Below are positions 40,703-54,443 of a stretch of DNA of 64,000 nt, one piece after another. Numbering within the stretch: position 1 is the stretch's first letter; the number at the start of each line of letters is the position of its first letter. The DNA comes from Octopus vulgaris. Taxonomy: Eukaryota. A program made the translations under genes and the position numbers. Below the pieces are notes generated by a model, which did no database searches, was not told the DNA's origin, and saw nothing but the letters and a program-made list of their open reading frames with translations. The stretch is taken from positions 41,230,001 to 41,294,000 of the forward strand of contig OX597824.1 in the NCBI GenBank assembly GCA_951406725.2. Direction: 5' to 3'.

Positions 40703-41254
40703 TCCAGCTCTCTACCACTCATACATATACACACGTTATAAATTCATTATTAGTATGTAGTTTGATTTCCTCTCTCACTCATCCCTCCTCTTCTATCACT
40801 AACCGCTCTTTTCCATTTCTGGTTGTATCTCTCTCTCTTTGTACACACACGCATGCGCCCATGTATTTATGTATGTATGTATGCATGCATGCATGTATGT
40901 ATGTATGCATGTATGTATGTATGTATGTATGTATGTATGTATGTATGTATGTATGTATGTATGTATGAATGCATGTATGTATGTATGTATGTATGTATGT
41001 ATGTATGCATGTATGTATGTATGTATGTATGTATGTATGTATGTATGTATGAATGTATGTATGTATGTATGCATGTATGTATGTATGTATGTATGAATGT
41101 ATGTATGTATGTATACGAATATATGAAATGACAATCCCGAAATATAACTATATAATTAACTATGTATGTATGAATGTATGTCTCTTATATTTTTTAATTA
41201 TTATAAATCTTCCCCTGAGGAGGGAGCCGGTTTTCAACAAAGATACAAGGCTCC

Positions 41255-41600
41255 ATCAATAGTCGTGGCTCAACCGCCGAACTCTGTCGCGTAAACAGCG
41301 TGCGCCCATTGTAAGGCCAACTCAGTTCCAAAACGAAAACGATTCTACATGCAGCGTTGGGGGTACCCAAGTCACATTAAAGGACACGGTCTCTAACGAA
41401 CGTAGTTGAGTCACGTGACGTTGGGTTGCTGACACGGTTGGGAATCAATAGTCATGGCTCAACCTTGCACTCCTTCGAGTAAACACCGTATGATCATTGT
41501 GGGGACAACTCACCTCCCAAACGAAAACAATTCTGCATGTAGCATTCAGGCATACAAGGTCACATTAAGGACACGGCCTCTAGCTAACGTGGTTGGGTCT
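41255..41600 (+). repeat. Diverged ~188-bp tandem duplication
   Basis: ATCAATAGTC(G/A)TGGCTCAACC...CAAAACGAAAAC...GTCACATTAA(A)GGACACGG, with units starting at 41255 and 41443. Confidence 0.8.
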
Positions 41601-41690
41601 TAGACACCATAAATTAGTTGGCTAATCTACATGTGATATTTCGGTTTGTAATCGATAGCTGAAGAATATTTGTATAGGTTTCGTCTATGC

Positions 41691-41909
41691 CAGTGGTTTT
41701 CAACCAGTGTTCCGCGGAACCTTAGGGTTCCGCCAGTACAGTTCAGGGGTTCTGCAAGAAGTTACAAAACTGCTAAAATCGGCAGTAATTTTTAATTCTC
41801 CTGTGCAGATATGTGTGCATAAGACTAATAAATTATTGCACATGGGTTCCTCGAGCCAGTGGAATGTTTCCTTGGGGTTCCGCTCCAGCAAAAAGTTTGA
41901 AAAGCACTG
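41691..41909. mobile_element. hAT (Charlie-like) MITE
   Basis: TIR CAGTGGTTTTCAAC / GTTTGAAAAGCACTG; perfect 8-bp TSD GTCTATGC (41683-41690, 41910-41917). Confidence 0.9.
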
Positions 41910-42471
41910 GTCTATGCTTAGAACGAAGACTTTAATACTGAAACTAAAAGAAAATAGCTGAATAGTTGCTCAGGATTTAAATATATTAGTATATTTTTCA
42001 TTATAAACATAGTGCGTTCCAAGCGGTTTTTATTCCAACAATTACTACCTAAGGTAGTACGGGAACAGGCTATTATTGCTACCACTTAGACAACGCAGTT
42101 TGAAGTCTACATTGGTTAATCCATTTAATACAACCTTCTTATATAATTTCAGTAGCTGTTTTTTCCAGTTGGAACAGAAGCAATGGATTGACCATGCGGA
42201 CAGTCGTAGGTACCTCAAGAAAGAGGGTTTTCTGCCCCCAGAAGCCCCATTACTCACTATATGAAAAATTTTAAGAGTCTAAAGCCATCTCTGGAACATA
42301 AGTAGTGTATGTTCCCAGGTTGGAGAAAATCAGTTACGAACTTCAGAATTTCTGCGGGTTTACACACACGCACACACATCCTCAGGTTTATACATATACA
42401 TATAGATATGTGTGTGTGTATGCGTGTGTGTATGTGTATGTGTAAAATTACAATTATATAAATTATCTATA

Positions 42472-42915
42472 GGCGCAGGAGTGGCTGTGTGGTAAGTAGC
42501 TTGCTTTGCTACCACATGGTTTCGAGTTCAGTCCCACTGTGTTGCATCTTCGGCAAGTGTCTTCTAATATAGCCTCGGGCCGACCAAAGCCTTGTGAGTG
42601 GATTTGGTAGTCGGAAACTGAAAGAAGCCCGTCGTATATATGTATGTATGTATATATGTGTGTGTGTCTGTGTTTGTCTCCTCAACATCGCTTGACAACC
42701 GATGCTGATATGTTTACGTCCCCGTAAATTAGCGGTTCGGCAAAAGTGACCGATAGAATAAGTACTACGTTTACAAAGAATAAGTCCAGAGGTTGATTTG
42801 CCCGACCCAGCATGGGATGCTCCAGCATGGGATGCTCCAGCATGGGATGCTCCAGCATGGGATGCTCCAGCATGGCCGCATTCAAATGACTGAAACAAAT
42901 AAAAGAATAAAAAAT
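42472..42915 (+). mobile_element. SINE family B with an internal 15-bp tandem array (42807-42875)
   Basis: Matches 34941-35393 except for (CCAGCATGGGATGCT)x4.6. Confidence 0.9.
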
Positions 42916-43080
42916 GAAAGAATATATTTTTATCTACCAGTCCGTCTCTCTATCTTTCTCTGTATAAGATATGTATATGCGTGTGTGAGTGTGTGTGTAT
43001 ATATATATATAAATGCATATACATGTATATATATATATAGATATATAGATATACATATATATATATATATATATAAATAT

Positions 43081-43112
<32 letters not shown>

Positions 43113-43198
43113 ATCATTCACAAATATATGGGTATATATGTATCATTATACGTACATATATTTATGTATATATATATATGTATGTATATATATGTGTG

Positions 43199-43266
<68 letters not shown>

Positions 43267-43270
43267 CCTT

Positions 43271-43303
<33 letters not shown>

Positions 43304-43344
43304 TTTATAGTCAATCCCCCCCCCCCAAAAAAAAAAACAAGAAC

Positions 43345-43525
43345 TAATGCAAGAAAACAAAAACAACGCGGGGACGTGGTACATGCAAAGTATTAGCAGA
43401 CGCTCAGGGAAGGAAAGAAAGGTAGTTTTACGTTTCGATCCAAGCTCACCGTCACAAACAGAAGACGAAAAAGTCCAAGAGAAAAGGAAGACGGAGGAAA
43501 AAAATCGCCAACAATCCACATGTGC

Positions 43526-43527
<2 letters not shown>
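43345..43527 (-). mobile_element. (TA)n-embedded hammerhead element with decayed core (43425-43459); same family as 63345-63548
   Basis: Minus: guuu-GUGACGG-u-GAGC(uug)GAUC-GAAAC-GUA-aaac; the flanks align with the 63.4-kb copy. Confidence 0.75.
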
Positions 43528-43565
<38 letters not shown>

Positions 43566-44206
43566 GTATGTATGTATATGTACATATACATACTAGCAAT
43601 GCACGTATATCAACAACGGAACAAAAACTTGTACATTAAACCACATATATTCACAGACGCGCTGATGCACATATACATCCCCGTACTGAATTTTCAGGCA
43701 GACGACTTAGTCAATATAAAGAATTAGCTATAAAAATAGATAGCCATCTTGAAATTAATATGGTATTTTTTTGTTTTACTTATCTCTTTCCTATTTTCCC
43801 CTCCTTATACATGTATGTAAATGCATTCATTTATGCATGCATGTCAAATCATATAGCTGGCACACGCACAATTGCACAAGATTTACACACCGTATGCAAA
43901 TATACATACTATTGCACGTATTCATTATAACTTACATTTTACAGTGTTCATTAATGGCGTCCGCACATACATGCGTAAGTGCATGCAAGTATACATACAC
44001 ACATACATACAGACAGACAAATAGACAGATAGTCAGACAGAAAAACGTACTTCCATCCATCCATGCATAGATATATCATACATGTATATAAACATACATA
44101 TTTACACACGCATGTACGAACGTACAGATTTATAGCTATGTACGGTATGATTATATTCGTATATATATTGCAATGTGTGTATAAGTATTTCTGTCTGTCT
44201 GTCTGC

Positions 44207-44291
<85 letters not shown>

Positions 44292-44376
44292 GGTAAGTAG
44301 ATAGACATAACATTAAAATCAATATATATATATATATATGTATATATATACTTATATACGTATATATATGTATAAA

Positions 44377-44402
<26 letters not shown>

Positions 44403-44415
<13 letters not shown>

Positions 44416-44598
44416 CGATATATATCGATGTGTATAAATATAAGTGTATGTATATATATATGTATATGTATATATATGCATATATGTATGTATATAAACA
44501 TATATACATACATATATGCATATATATACATATACATATATATATATACATACACTTATATTTATACACATCGATATATATCGCTATATATATATATA
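44403..44598. repeat. Near-perfect ~95-bp-arm palindrome within a TA-rich tract
   Basis: TATAGCGATATATATCGATGTGTATAAATATAAGTGTATG... mirrored around AACA (44497-44500); the arms differ by one TA unit. Confidence 0.85.
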
Positions 44599-44928
44599 CA
44601 TATATATGTATTTATGTATGTGTGTTTTATGTGTGTATCGTTACTAATGATTATCTTACGCCTTATAAATATTTGAGTTTGTGAGTGTGTGTATGCGTAT
44701 ATGTGAGCCTAAGCGGAGTTATGCGCATGTGCATATGCTCATGCACTCGTCCATACCTTTCTGTACGTATGCATACTTATGCTGTAAACTAGACATACGT
44801 ACGCACGTATTTGCATATAAATATGTGTACATGAATGCAACGTGTTTGAGTATACAATTATATACATACATACATACATACATATACATACATACATTCA
44901 TACATATATATACATGTATGTATATGTG

Positions 44929-44981
<53 letters not shown>

Positions 44982-45359
44982 GTATACTTATATCTATGTA
45001 TGTATTTATATTTATGTATGCGCATTGAATATTCGCATACGTAAGCGGTGAATATTAAAAAAGTATTAAAAAAGATTAAAAAGAAACCATCACCAACAAT
45101 GCAAACATAGAACTGCAAAAAGAAGACTAGAGTTTGTCAAGTGGTATTTATTTATTTATCTATGAATGCATGGATGACTTTTGTTATGGCTGGATTATAA
45201 ATGTATTGATGAGAACGACACTTGGCAACGCTGTAATGAACTGAGAACATGTACCACTGTTAATGAATAAATATGCATGTATCTGCATGCATCTGAGGAA
45301 AAATAGCGTCAAAGAATGGATGGAGTGGAGTGATTTGAAAAACGTAGTTGTAGCAGAAG

Positions 45360-46130
45360 TAGCATGAAGATGAAGTAGGAGAAGATGAAAGAGAAGAAAG
45401 GACTGATGAAGAAGAATGTACAGCAGGACAAGGAGAAGGAGGATGAGGTGAAGTTGAAAGAGAAGGTATATAAAAATGAGGAAGAGGAGGAGGAGGAGAA
45501 AGTGAAGAAGATACTGAAGAAGAAAAAGAAGGTGAGGAAGGCGATGGGTAGAGGAAAAAAGGTGATGAAGATGAAATAGAAGAAAGAAGTGGAGGAAAGA
45601 GTACGAAAGAGAAGGTAAAAAGAAGATGAAAGAGAAGTAGAAGAAGAAGAAGAAAAAGAAGAAGAAGAAGAAGAAAAGAAGAAGAAGAAAAGACGAAGAA
45701 GAAGAAAAGAAGAAGAAGAAAAGAAGAAGAAGAAAAGAAGGAGAAGAAGAAAAGAAGAAGAAGAAGAAGAAGAAGAAAAAGAAGAAGAAGAAGAAGAAAA
45801 GAAGAAGAAGAAAATACGAAGAAGAAGAAAAGAAGAAGAAGAAAAGAAGAAGAAAAGAAGAAGAAGAAAAGAAGGAGAAGAAGAAAAGAAGAAGAAGAAG
45901 AAGAAGAAGAAGAAGAAGAAGGAGAAGAAGAAGAAAACTACGTTGAAGAAGGAGAACGGCGGCAGACGAGAAAATTATAGAGAAGGGGAAAAAGTAGAAA
46001 TGATGAAGAATAAGTTAAAGAAGGTGGAAATGAAGGACAAGAAGAATAAGAATATGAATAAAAAGAAGAAATGATGAAAGAGAGGCGGAAGAAGCAAAGG
46101 GTAAAAATAACAAAGCGGAAGTGGAAGCAC
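45360..46130. repeat. Purine-rich (GAA)n/(GAAAA) tract; near-pure core 45640-45936
   Basis: Direct reading of the sequence. Confidence 0.9.
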
Positions 46131-46134
46131 AAAA

Positions 46135-46636
46135 ATAACCCTTTCTACTATAGGCACAAGGCCTGAAATCTCACAGGAAGGAGCTAGTTGATTATATTGA
46201 CCCCAGTGCTCAACTGGTAATTATTTCATCCAGCCCGAAAGAATGAAAGCCAAAGTCGACCTCGGCAAAATTTGAACTCAGAACATAAAGAAGGGTGAAA
46301 TGTCGCTAGACATTTTGTCTGGCATGTTAACAATTCTGCCACCTTGCTGCCTTAGTGTTAGTATTAGTATTAGTATTAGTATTAGTAGTAGTAGTAGTAG
46401 TAGTAGCAGCAGCAGTAGTAGTAGTAGTCTTTTCTACTATTGGCATAAAGCCAGAAATTTTGTGGGAAGGGAATTAGTCGATCACATCAACTCCCAGTGC
46501 TTATATCATCGACCCCGAAAGGATGAAAGGCGGAATTTGAACTCAAAATTACGTTCTGTGTTCAAATTCCGCCGAGGTCGAAATGCTGCTAAGAATTTTG
46601 TCCACTATGCTAACAATTCTGCCACCTCGCTGCCCT
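46135..46636 (-). mobile_element. Two SINE A copies, the second with an internal inverted duplication
   Basis: 46135-46352 and 46428-46636; GGCGGAATTTGAAC...GTTCAAATTCCGCC at 46529-46573. Confidence 0.75.
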
Positions 46637-46779
46637 AGCAGTAGTAGTAGTCGTTGTGGTGGTGGTGGTGGTGGTGGTGGTGCTAGTAGTAGAAGTAATA
46701 GTAATAGTAGTACTAGTAATACATATCTACGTGCATACATACATTGGTCACAAGGGTTGCAAAATCGTTTAGGATAATA

Positions 46780-48380
46780 CAAAAACTAAGGGCGGCGGAA
46801 ATTTTCTTAAACACTTATAAGCAATAAAAATTATAACAATCACCAAGAAAATTATAACAAAATTCCCTAATAGCGGGGAGTAGTACTCAGAGGTGCCCAA
46901 GGGACTTCACAGATGCTGAATTACTCCGACCGCCAAAGCAACACTGGGAAGCGCCCCACTTCTATCCGTTCTCCTTGTCCAGCAAGCATCAACATAAAGT
47001 AGGTCCATTCACTCGGGCCACTCTCGCCATATTCACCCGTCTCTCGATACATTTACCAGAGAGAAGTACCTCCCTTTTTAAATGATCCTTAAAAAAAAAA
47101 AAAAGTGGAGGCGCAATGGCCCAGTGGTTAGGGCAGCGGACTCGCGGTCATAGGATCGCGGTTTCGATTCCCAGACCGGGCGTTGTGAGTGTTTATTGAG
47201 CGAAAACACCTAAGTTCCACGAGGCTCCGGCAGGGGATGGTGGTGATCCCTGCTGTACTCTTTCACCACTACTTTCTCTCACTCTTACTTCCTGTTTCTG
47301 TTGTACCTGTATTTTAAAGGGCCGACCTTGTTACTCTCTGTGTCACGCTGAATATCCCCGAGAACTACGTTAAGGGTACACGTGTCTGAGGAGTGCTCAG
47401 CCACTTACACGTTAATTTCACGAGCAGGCTGTTCCGTTGATTCGGATCAACCGGAACCCTCGTCGTCGTAACCGACGGAGTGCTTCCTCCTTTCCTAAAG
47501 AAAAAAAACCATGAGGGTTTGGCCGAAGAAGGAAGTATGTCTCCAGTCGTTTCAGGTTTCAGTCCCATCCATCACACAGCCTTCTTTGTCATAGCCACCA
47601 GGCAAAGGGAAACTGTCTGCCCTTCCAGTCCAAAGGTAGGTGGTGAGGAGATCTTCACAACAAGGTCGGTGTAAGCAATAGCAGATATTCAACATAACTC
47701 TACAAATCAGCAACGCTTGGATACTTTATAAGCGCTAGTAGGACGGTTCCTGTGCTCTGCGCGTATCTGGAGAAGATCCGGCTGACAGCATTACCGTACT
47801 TGTAGAGTCCATTCCGAACAGCACAGACTCTCTTAGCAGCACTGCTAGACTAGAGATTCCTGGAAATCGTCCATGGGTCCTGAACCGAAAGTCTTCCGGA
47901 ACAGACCAGGCAGTTCATCAGCCACCGAAGTCATCGCGGCTCTTGCACGTCATTAATCTCCTATAGGACACCATGATTGAACTTCCATCGATTGCATTGC
48001 CCGACTGGCAGGCGTAAGAGCCTGACGACACTTTAGGTTTCAGGTACCTTGCCACGGTCTCTGCTTGATTCGAGACTACAGGTCCTGTCAAAGAGACGAG
48101 TTATGGAAGTGTTTGACAAACAGCGGCAACCCCTGCTCACTGTCAAGAAGCTGATACAGCTCTCTCACACCCTAGATCACTGCAGGATGTCCCTCGAAAC
48201 CTGCAACTTCCGTCGTAGTAGATCGAGCGTCAGCTTGTGAAGAAGGAACGAGTGGGGGAAGCTATGTTGGTAATGATGCTGATGATGATGCAACTGATGA
48301 TGATTGCTTTTCTTTGAACGAGGGTCCAAGGCATTTAAGACAAAATAAAAGGACACATTGCAAATCCACAAGTGTGGAGT
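46780..48380 (-). mobile_element. Tx1/L1-like LINE 3' relic interrupted by SINE C
   Basis: Minus peptides GLYKYGNAVSR, TVLLALIKYPSVADL*SYVEYL and REVLLSGKCIERRVNMARV are homologous to 25000-25460. Confidence 0.65.
47105..47486 (+). mobile_element. Full-length SINE family C (tRNA-like head)
   Basis: A box TGGCCCAGTGG, B box GGTTTCGATTCC; further copies at 25783-25952 and 59765-60085. Confidence 0.9.
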
Positions 48381-49496
48381 TAAAGTGGAGTCAAAGATGA
48401 AGAAGAAAAAGGGAAGAAGGAAGAGGGGGAGAAGACGGCAAGAAGATGAATAAAATGAAGAAGAAGAAGAGGAAGAAGAAAAAGAGAAAGATGGAAAGAA
48501 TAGGTGTTATGAAGGCCCAAGAACGTGGGTATACTGAGAAATAAAAACACAGATATTCTGGGAAACACGTTATAGAAATCTTTATGTTGTTAATATGAAT
48601 TCATGTATTGGTGTATTTATTTATAAGATGTTGCTGTTTAATCCCTAGTCATCGGTGAATGAGTACGCCTATGATCAATGACACTCCAACCGTGACTACA
48701 CCGTCCTTTATTTTTATATTTAATCAGAGGTAGACTTATATAATCAATCGGTTTTGATACGATAGATCTATGGAAAAGGCAGCCAAAATTCCCTAGAATC
48801 AAACTAAGCCGCGTCCGAATTGAGGGAGATCTGGCTGCTATTTCTAACAGACAGCGCAACCATTTAAAGAGTTTCGCTTTAGTACACGCGTGCGTAAGTG
48901 TGTGATTATATGAGTATGCTTCAGTGAATATAAGCTCATATCATTTGGTATGTATTTATGTATATAGGGGACTCTGGAATCAGACCAATTTTGTTCTGTT
49001 CTTCTGTTTAGTTCCGAACGTATGTGGCGTAAATGAGATCAGTGCCAACGAAAGGCAAATTAACACGCATTTAATTATATGGCTTTCCTTTCAAGCAGGT
49101 CCCACAACTGCCGCTATCAGGACACATAAACATTACATTAAAACTGCCTCAACAGCACACAAACTTAACGAAGCGTGGCGTTGCAGTCTCGGCTTTGACC
49201 AGTGGCTGTGATACCATTGTATCAGGCAGGAAATGTTCTGCACATGCCTTGACCAACTTCACTAACAGGAAAAGATAAAACAAAACAAAAAAAACTTCAG
49301 CAGTTAAACACTCACATATATATTAGCGCGTGGACACACGTACATTCAGGTACATAAACACACAGAAGCACACACACATTCACAGAGGCACACACTCACA
49401 CACATTCACAGAGGCACGCACTCTCACACACACACACACACAAGTACACACTTAGGCACAAACAAAGTCAACGGACACACGCACAAACACTCAGGC

Positions 49497-49535
<39 letters not shown>

Positions 49536-49703
49536 TAAATAAGATATACTTGCATACATACATATATACACATATAGTATATGATTGCGAGTGTTTATAT
49601 GAATGTGTGTATTATGTATGTATGTATGTATGTATGTATGTATGTATGTATGTATGTATGTATGTATATATGTATGTATATATATGTATGTGTGTGTATG
49701 TGT

Positions 49704-49754
<51 letters not shown>

Positions 49755-49842
49755 TTAGGATTTGTTGAATATTTTTAGGAAACTAGTCCATTAGAAAACC
49801 TCTGTTCGTGATGGAAGCAGTACACGAACCCAAAAAGTATTG

Positions 49843-50076
49843 TTTATGGCCATTTTAATGTGGCTGTCCTATAAAAGACGACGATACTCTCATTCAACCC
49901 TAGGAAACTATGTAATCTGGTGGTCTCAGAGCTAAGGTGGCAGAGTTATCCCCCGCTGCAATAAACATCGAGTGCGAAAAATGCACTGAATAAACTATCT
50001 GGTGGAGATGTCTTCCTGGGGTAAAATGGCAATATCGTCATCTCTTAAAGGACAACCATATTAAAGTGGCCATAAA
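49843..50076. repeat. Old inverted repeat / decayed MITE with ~64-bp arms
   Basis: TTTATGGCCATTTTAATGTGGCTGTCCT... vs ...AGGACAACCATATTAAAGTGGCCATAAA. Confidence 0.65.
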
Positions 50077-50863
50077 AAATGTTTATCTTTCATTTAAAGA
50101 ATTCAAGCTAGCCAAGTAGCGAAGTTCTTTCGCTTCAGTTAAGACAAGTGTTGGATGGGTTTGCGGTCATCTGAATCGGTTAAACTGTGTACGTATACAC
50201 ATGTTAACGCTTATGGATAACTTGTATTGTTTGGTGAATTTACTTAAGTTTACAAATGTCTGTACTTCACATATTTTTCATATTAGTATACAAATGTTTG
50301 TGCTTCCCTCATGTTCATGTATATGTCGATGTGTGCATATGTTTGGCCCAGGAAATTCACATGGGGCGGGCCCTGGAGCATTTAAAATGTAAGTTCCTCT
50401 CTCACTCTCGCCCTCTCTCTCCCTCTCTCTCCTCTCTCCCTCTTTTCTCCTCTCTCTCTACACACGTACGTACATACATAAACACATACATATATATATT
50501 TCTGTGTAAGGCAGCGAACTGGCAAAATCGTTAGCACAGCGGGCAAAATGCTTAGCAAAGGACCACGTTTCGGACTTCTCCCATCTTGCGAGCTCTGGGA
50601 CGAAGACCGTTCGCTCAACAGCAACAGCAACAACAACAACAAAAACAACACAGATAAATTTACTAAAAAGCACAGAGCTGTCGCTACTTTCAACAGGGCA
50701 CTCAAAACTTGTCTTCCTTCCTTGGATCCTCAAATCCTGATAGAGCTGTAGGGGGATCCTCACGGTATATGACGCGTACTGGGCATTTTAAGACCTGGCG
50801 AAATCTGTTTCTCTCCGCGTCTGAGCACAACCGACTTCTTCAAAAGAGAAAGAGAGTGAGTGA

Positions 50864-50907
<44 letters not shown>

Positions 50908-51067
50908 CTTTATTCACCATAAGGTTGAGAAAAAGAGGGGACAAAACAAACGTTGGGGTCAGGGTATCGAATGAGACGAAACATATGAATAAACAACAAA
51001 TAAAATATATACAATTAAATGAGAATGAGTGATTAACAAAAAATGAAGCGGAGCACGCGGTCGACCC

Positions 51068-51120
<53 letters not shown>

Positions 51121-52064
51121 GATCTCTGCACTGAAAAGGACGGAACGCAAAACTGATCTCAGTCGGATTTGAACTTATAATGTAAAGGAGTTGCAGCAGA
51201 AACGGAAACTAATTCCCCGCGTGACCCTAACATCACTACCAATTCGCCGCCATTATACAGAGCTAACACAGAAAATCAAAAAATGGTGCTGCACGACTTG
51301 GCTTTAAGTTGGTCATTTCTTCAATGTTCCATAGTGAATTTCCTAAGAATTCTACAATGGTCCTTTCCTTCCGAATTCCACATTTCTGTGACAATTAGAA
51401 AAATTCCACTCCACCACAACCTGTTTTATTATTATTATTATTTTTTGTTACGCATTTGTTTTGCTTCCCCATAAAAAATACAAGCAAAACCTTGATTCTG
51501 AAATCATCACAAATCATGTGTCCATTATTTTTTATACATGTACTGAAGTGTGTGCATGTATATATTTCAGATATTTCATGCTCTTTCACACTTCAGTTGT
51601 CTTTCTCCTTTCTCTGTATTCCTCTCTTTTCAGCTCGCTTTTTCTCTATCTCTTTCTCTCTGTCCATCTCTCTCCTCTTTCTCTCACTGTCGTTTTCTTT
51701 CTATCTCTATAATTATTCGTTATATGAATATATTTGCATGAAGTTGTGAATATGTGGACTAAAGTGTGAAAGAATGTAACGTGAGTGTTTTTTGTTAGGT
51801 TGTTTGGGAGTGAGCGTATATTTGTGTGAAAGAGCACAAAAAATAGCTATATATAGATAGGACAGACGACAAACAGATATAATAAATATATGTATATATA
51901 ATAAATTAATAAATAAAACATATGCATATATACATACATATATGTACGTACCTACATCTACACGTATACATACACGCATATATGGGTACAGGACACCAAA
52001 AAAACGTCGAACACAATGAGAAACGAAAACATAAACACAAAACCAAGATTGTTCTTGATATATG

Positions 52065-52141
<77 letters not shown>

Positions 52142-52385
52142 ATATATACATATATGTAGAAGACAGAGGGAGAGAGAAAAAAGTGGAGCGGGGAGAAGTA
52201 GAAAAATGCGATACTGGGGCAATTGAGGAGAATTTAACATGAATATAAACAACAGCAGGGACAATGCTGACAACAGGAAGTACCACCACCACCACCACCA
52301 CTACCAACAACAACAACAACAACAACAACAGTGGAAATAACAAAAGGCCATAAAAACTACTACAGTGGCAACAACAGCAACGGCA

Positions 52386-52440
<55 letters not shown>

Positions 52441-52788
52441 AGGAGCATTCTATACCAAGAATGCAGTTTCGGTTATATTATATTATACTTAATAAAAAAA
52501 ATATTAAAAAAGAAATGAATAGAGGTGTATACAATTATACATACATACATACATACATACATACATACATACATACATACATACATACATACATACATAC
52601 ATACATGCATGCATACATATATGCTTACATATATATATATATCATATGTGTGGTGTTTGTATGTGTGTGTGTATATGGGTATGTATCCAGGTAGATAGAC
52701 GCAATAACATATTTGTACATGCACATATGCACATACATGTGTTCATTTTTGTGTATGTATGCATATATATATATATATATACGCAAAG

Positions 52789-52862
<74 letters not shown>

Positions 52863-53406
52863 AATAAATTTATATATATATGTATATGCGTATATCTGTA
52901 AATGTATGTATAGATGTTATATAGACACGTGCATATGTACATGTATAAACTTGTGTGTGTGTGTATGCGTGTGCTGATATATGTTACTGTCTCTTCCTCC
53001 CTCTATCCACATATAAATACAAACACAAATGCACACATACACACTCACATAAATATATATACACATGCACACACACACACACACACGCACACATATGTCG
53101 TCTGAATTGAAGCTTTCGCAATAGGTACCGTCATTTTCTCTATTTTTTGTCAATATACTTTCTCTGTCTTTAATTTATCCTTTATTTATCGCCTGAATTC
53201 TTCATTTCTGGCCAACTCTACACCTAACTTCCGGTTTCATTTTAGTGTAGCTTCCGTTGCTGTGAACTGATTGCACCTATTTATATTTTTAAATATTGGC
53301 TCCATTCTGTTTTTCTTGACACTGTTTTCTCATGACAAAACATTCTCGAGAAGATATCGAATTCATGCGATTCAGTGATACATACATACATACATACATA
53401 CATACA

Positions 53407-53437
<31 letters not shown>

Positions 53438-53770
53438 GTGTAAAATAAAACATACATACAAAAATACATACATCCCTTCAATGACAGTCGTAAATTTCGA
53501 ACGCAGTAAAGCTGAAAGTACAGCTGAAAGTACAGCAGAGAAAGATTGGGTATTTATTCTTATAAGACGGAAAAAAGCTGCCAGCAAGCGGCTACGGGAC
53601 TCAAATCCGTACCCATATGTACGCATATATATTTATGCATGTATACAAATGTGTATAAATACATACGCACATACATGCATGCGTACATACATACATACAT
53701 ACAAACATACATACATACATACATACATACATACATACATACATACATACATACATACATACATACGTAC

Positions 53771-53814
<44 letters not shown>

Positions 53815-53881
53815 GAGAGTGGAGATTTATTCACATTCAAAGCTTTTTTATTAAATATTTTTCTGCAGCATTTATAACTCC

Positions 53882-53966
53882 GACCGACATATGTTTCGAC
53901 TACAGTAACTGCACATTTCTCTGTGGGCAATTATGCATCCTAGTTGCTGTAACTTCATCAAGGGTC
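53882..53966 (-). ncRNA. Type-I hammerhead motif with long stem II, in element 53811-54075 bounded by (TA)n and (TC)n/(TA)n
   Basis: Minus: gacc-CUUGAUGA-aguuacagcaacu...aguuacuguaguc-GAAAC-AUAU-GUC-gguc; stem I gacc/gguc, palindromic stem III, one extra U in the core. Confidence 0.7.
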
Positions 53967-54073
53967 CATCACACACGAACTACCCGACGTGTGTACTATG
54001 TAATTTGGACCGTTATGGAAAGCCGGCGTCTATACCAATTTGCGAGACAATACGGTATTCGCCAAGATACTCT

Positions 54074-54139
<66 letters not shown>

Positions 54140-54290
54140 TGGTATATTCTGCGAAGACCGTATGGAGTACAGTATAAAGCTCGTCCACCTTCAGATTTCA
54201 CTCTGTGTTATCCAGTAGTAGTACTTTACGTACTTCCAGGTTTGCGTTTGAGTTTCTGTCGTGTGTGAATAAATAACTGAAAAATTTGGA

Positions 54291-54345
<55 letters not shown>

Positions 54346-54410
54346 GCCACTTCAGCTACATAACACCACACGTGCTTTCTTCTCTCCGGAGGGTCCTTTC
54401 CTGTAACATC

Positions 54411-54443
54411 TTTCTGATGAGAAGCCATGCTCGAAACGTCATA
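54411..54443 (+). ncRNA. Minimal hammerhead motif (loopless ACGU stem III) in (TA)n-flanked element 54343-54550
   Basis: uuu-CUGAUGA-GAAGC(cau)GCUC-GAAAC-GUC-aua; a diverged relative of the 63.4-kb family. Confidence 0.65.

Noticed and set aside
42807-42875. Short palindromic repeats resembling a CRISPR array
   Set aside because: There are no spacers and no cas genes, and the context is a eukaryotic SINE.
47105-47180. tRNA-like sequence (also 25875-25952 and the SINE B heads)
   Set aside because: It continues into a multi-copy SINE body with no proper acceptor stem or terminator, so it is a SINE head rather than a tRNA gene.
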